NCBI GenBank assembly: GCA_965644265.1
Contig: OZ286465.1
Coordinates: 89,652,001 to 89,716,000 of the forward strand
DNA length: 64,000 nucleotides
DNA from: Glycera tridactyla
Lineage: Eukaryota
Direction: 5' to 3'
Shown here: positions 61,502 to 64,000 of the stretch, one piece after another
How positions within the stretch are numbered: the first letter of the stretch is position 1
Layout: every line of letters starts with the position of its first letter
Program-made: the position numbers and the translations under genes
Notes under the pieces: model-generated
Told to the model about the DNA's origin: nothing
Database searches by the model: none
Seen by the model: the letters and a program-made list of their open reading frames with translations, nothing else

Positions 61502-64000
61502 TGTTCGACAGAAGTTATCGTCCCGAGGATGCCATTGTCTTCGTCGGCGACAGCTTCACGTATTCTGCCGCTTTCGTCGTTGTCTTCGTCCTGGAGAAGT
61601 CAGATAGATGTTATCATGGCGGTTTTTTGGCTGCATATCGTTGTTTGGCAGCGGTGAGCGGTGCTGCTGATCAGATGGGTGAGCAAAATGCTACCTACCT
61701 GACATGAACCATTGCACAGATATATTATTCCTCTCTGTGAATCACTACTGGATGAGTGTGCCTTTCTTACAGCACCTCATCATATGACCCTCGGCTGTCT
61801 CTAGGTTCTCGAAGGATAAAACATTCATATTCGTAGTCTTATCTCTGGCAGATGCAATTGGCACAGGGTTGAAAGTGCCAGAATGTGATCACTTCCTTCT
61901 TCAGAACAACTGTTGACAAAGTATATTTCACATTTCCTCGACATCATTACATGGCAATGCGTTGCGGGCACACGTCCTACAAGCGGCACTCGGTCTTCAT
62001 GGGTTACCGTCGTGAGCAATCGTAGAAATAATTAGGTGCCGACGTTCTTGATTGGTGTAGGAGAAGGCGTGGGCAAGCCACACAAGTGTGGCACCTGCCA
62101 AGTGTTCTTACAGAGTGTGACATCTGGCCGCTGCTACAACATTCTCCATCCTCTTGACCCCGTTCGGTGCTTCGCTCAGACGAAAAAGGCCTCGTAGAAC
62201 ACGCTGGTAAGTTGCTAGAGTATTGTGCGTATCTTACGTTTTATTCTGTAATACTCGTTGCGTGGACGTTTGACCATTCATGTGGTTTGACAGACTCAAT
62301 CCGAGATGCATAATACATCGGAATGAGGGAATGGGATGAGATGAGCGAGAGTGTGAGAGTGAGAGTGAGAGAGAGAGGGGGGGAGACAGGGAAAGAGAGA
62401 AAGAAAGAGATAGGGAGAGGCACACAGAGACAGAGAGACACAGAGAGACACAGAGAGTGAAAGAGAGGGTGGGGAGCTCGGGGTGGATAAGAGAGAATGA
62501 GAATGAGAATGAAAAGAGAGAGGGGTGAGAGGAAGGGGATATGCTAAGAGGAGATATTGAAGTATGTGTGATTGTGCAAGTGTGTGCAATTTGATTTTGA
62601 AATTTTGTTCACATAAAGCATTGGGAAATATAGAGTAATCTTACATGCTTGAGTGGACATGTAAGGAGAAAACACAAAAACATGACTGAACCCATACAGA
62701 GAACTGAACATAGGCAGGTCCTCACAACGACTTATACGGGCAATAAGATCAATTACAGATCGAAGCAAGACAAACAGGACGAGATGGATAGAACAAAAGA
62801 GAGAATAACCGATGGTAGCAGAAAGATAGAGAGGGTGGAATGTTACGATGTCAAATACCCGCTTGTCGGTCATCTCGTTTTGAAGGAATCAGGTTCAACC
62901 ATTGGTGTGAATATATTACTGACACGGAAGAAACTGATGAAGAGGTGGATTAATTCCTGGAAGATTTGGAGTTATTCAATTGCTATGATGCTGAGTAAAT
63001 GACATTTCAGGAGCAACCTGTTAACGACGGTCACGGTCAGCGATTCTACCATTCGATGTCAACAGTGTTCAAGGGGAATATATCANNNNNNNNNNNNNNN
63101 NNNNNNNNNNNNNNNNNNNNNNNNNNNNNNNNNNNNNNNNNNNNNNNNNNNNNNNNNNNNNNNNNNNNNNNNNNNNNNNNNNNNNNNNNNNNNNNNNNNN
63201 NNNNNNNNNNNNNNNNNNNNNNNNNNNNNNNNNNNNNNNNNNNNNNNNNNNGAACCGAGACAATTTATTCATGGAGACCTTCATGCTTCACACACTACCT
63301 CCATGCCTGTGAGCGTTGCACTGTAGAGGTCATGTATGTGTGTGGCATCCTATAGAAGGGAAAACATACATGTAGGTCTTGTTTGGGATCATCTTCAGGG
63401 CCGAATGAGACATTGGAGAAACAGGAGAATAGCCAATGAGATGGGGGTATTTGTGAAAATACCCTGCATGATATGCCATCTCCGACCAATTCACTGGCAC
63501 GGCTATTCGGATTACTCCACCTCCACTTTTAGTGGGTCAAGCCAGTTTATCATCGGTGGTACAATGGTCCCCACATACTTGCATGATTGAGGCCTTGTGA
63601 GATCACATAGAAAGATCACCAGATGTAATATAGTAACACGACATTGGTGTGTGAGATCCGCGTTATTCAAGCGGGAATAACAAGCGGATCTCACACACCA
63701 ATGCCGTCTTACTTTTCTCACATGACTATTTCTGATGTATTTCGTTGTTTTTGGGCCGAAATGACAGCGAGAAACAAACCTTGTTTACATCCGGGGTCTT
63801 TTGACGAAGATGCCTTCTCGGATCTGTTTCAATGCGAATCATGTCATAAATTCACTTGTTAGCAATAAATAATACTTTTATCAAGGAAACCGGCACGTTG
63901 AGATCATTTAGGAGAAATAGCAAGCGTCTAATCTATGCAGTAACGATAAACCAAATCATCAGCTTGAATTGCACAGTAATCTGTTTTTCGAATACCACGT

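Noticed and set aside
61530-61560. IVFVGDSFT as an SGNH/GDSL hydrolase block I
   Set aside because: No downstream blocks (G, N, DxxH) in frame. Equally compatible with other folds or with chance.

Overview
Eukaryotic, repeat-rich genomic DNA with six N gaps (about 2734-2919, 3275-3410, 21708-22005, 38970-39124, 46999-47136, 63086-63251). The mix of transposon types suggests a marine invertebrate such as an annelid or mollusc; this is inference only. The main feature is a young, near-intact ~13 kb Ty3/Gypsy LTR element (8027-21014). It has 518-bp LTRs differing at 4 sites, non-canonical TATTT...AAATA ends, a tRNA-Ala-like PBS, a long acidic Gag N-terminus with a PPPY late-domain motif, and two CCHC knuckles. 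Pol runs PR, dUTPase-like, RT, RNase H, IN, followed by a chromodomain-like C-terminus. A large F-type env has three furin sites and probably needs splicing, and a 1.7 kb unexplained region follows it. Three -1 frame breaks each sit at or near short homopolymers. The second system (about 24926-28140) is a 5'-truncated Penelope-like retroelement. Its GIY-YIG C-terminus is followed by a self-contained intron-bearing C2H2 zinc-finger gene, then a TATA promoter and a minimal type I hammerhead ribozyme. Also present: an IS3EU-like fold-back element (765-4908, 6-bp TSD), an Academ-like element (33738-38945, 3-bp TSD) with a decayed transposase, several Tc1/mariner-type MITEs, four minisatellite arrays, many microsatellites, and two phase-compatible exons of a host single-pass membrane protein gene. 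No rRNA, tRNA gene or CRISPR array was found. All domain calls are by-eye motif recognition; no database searches were run.
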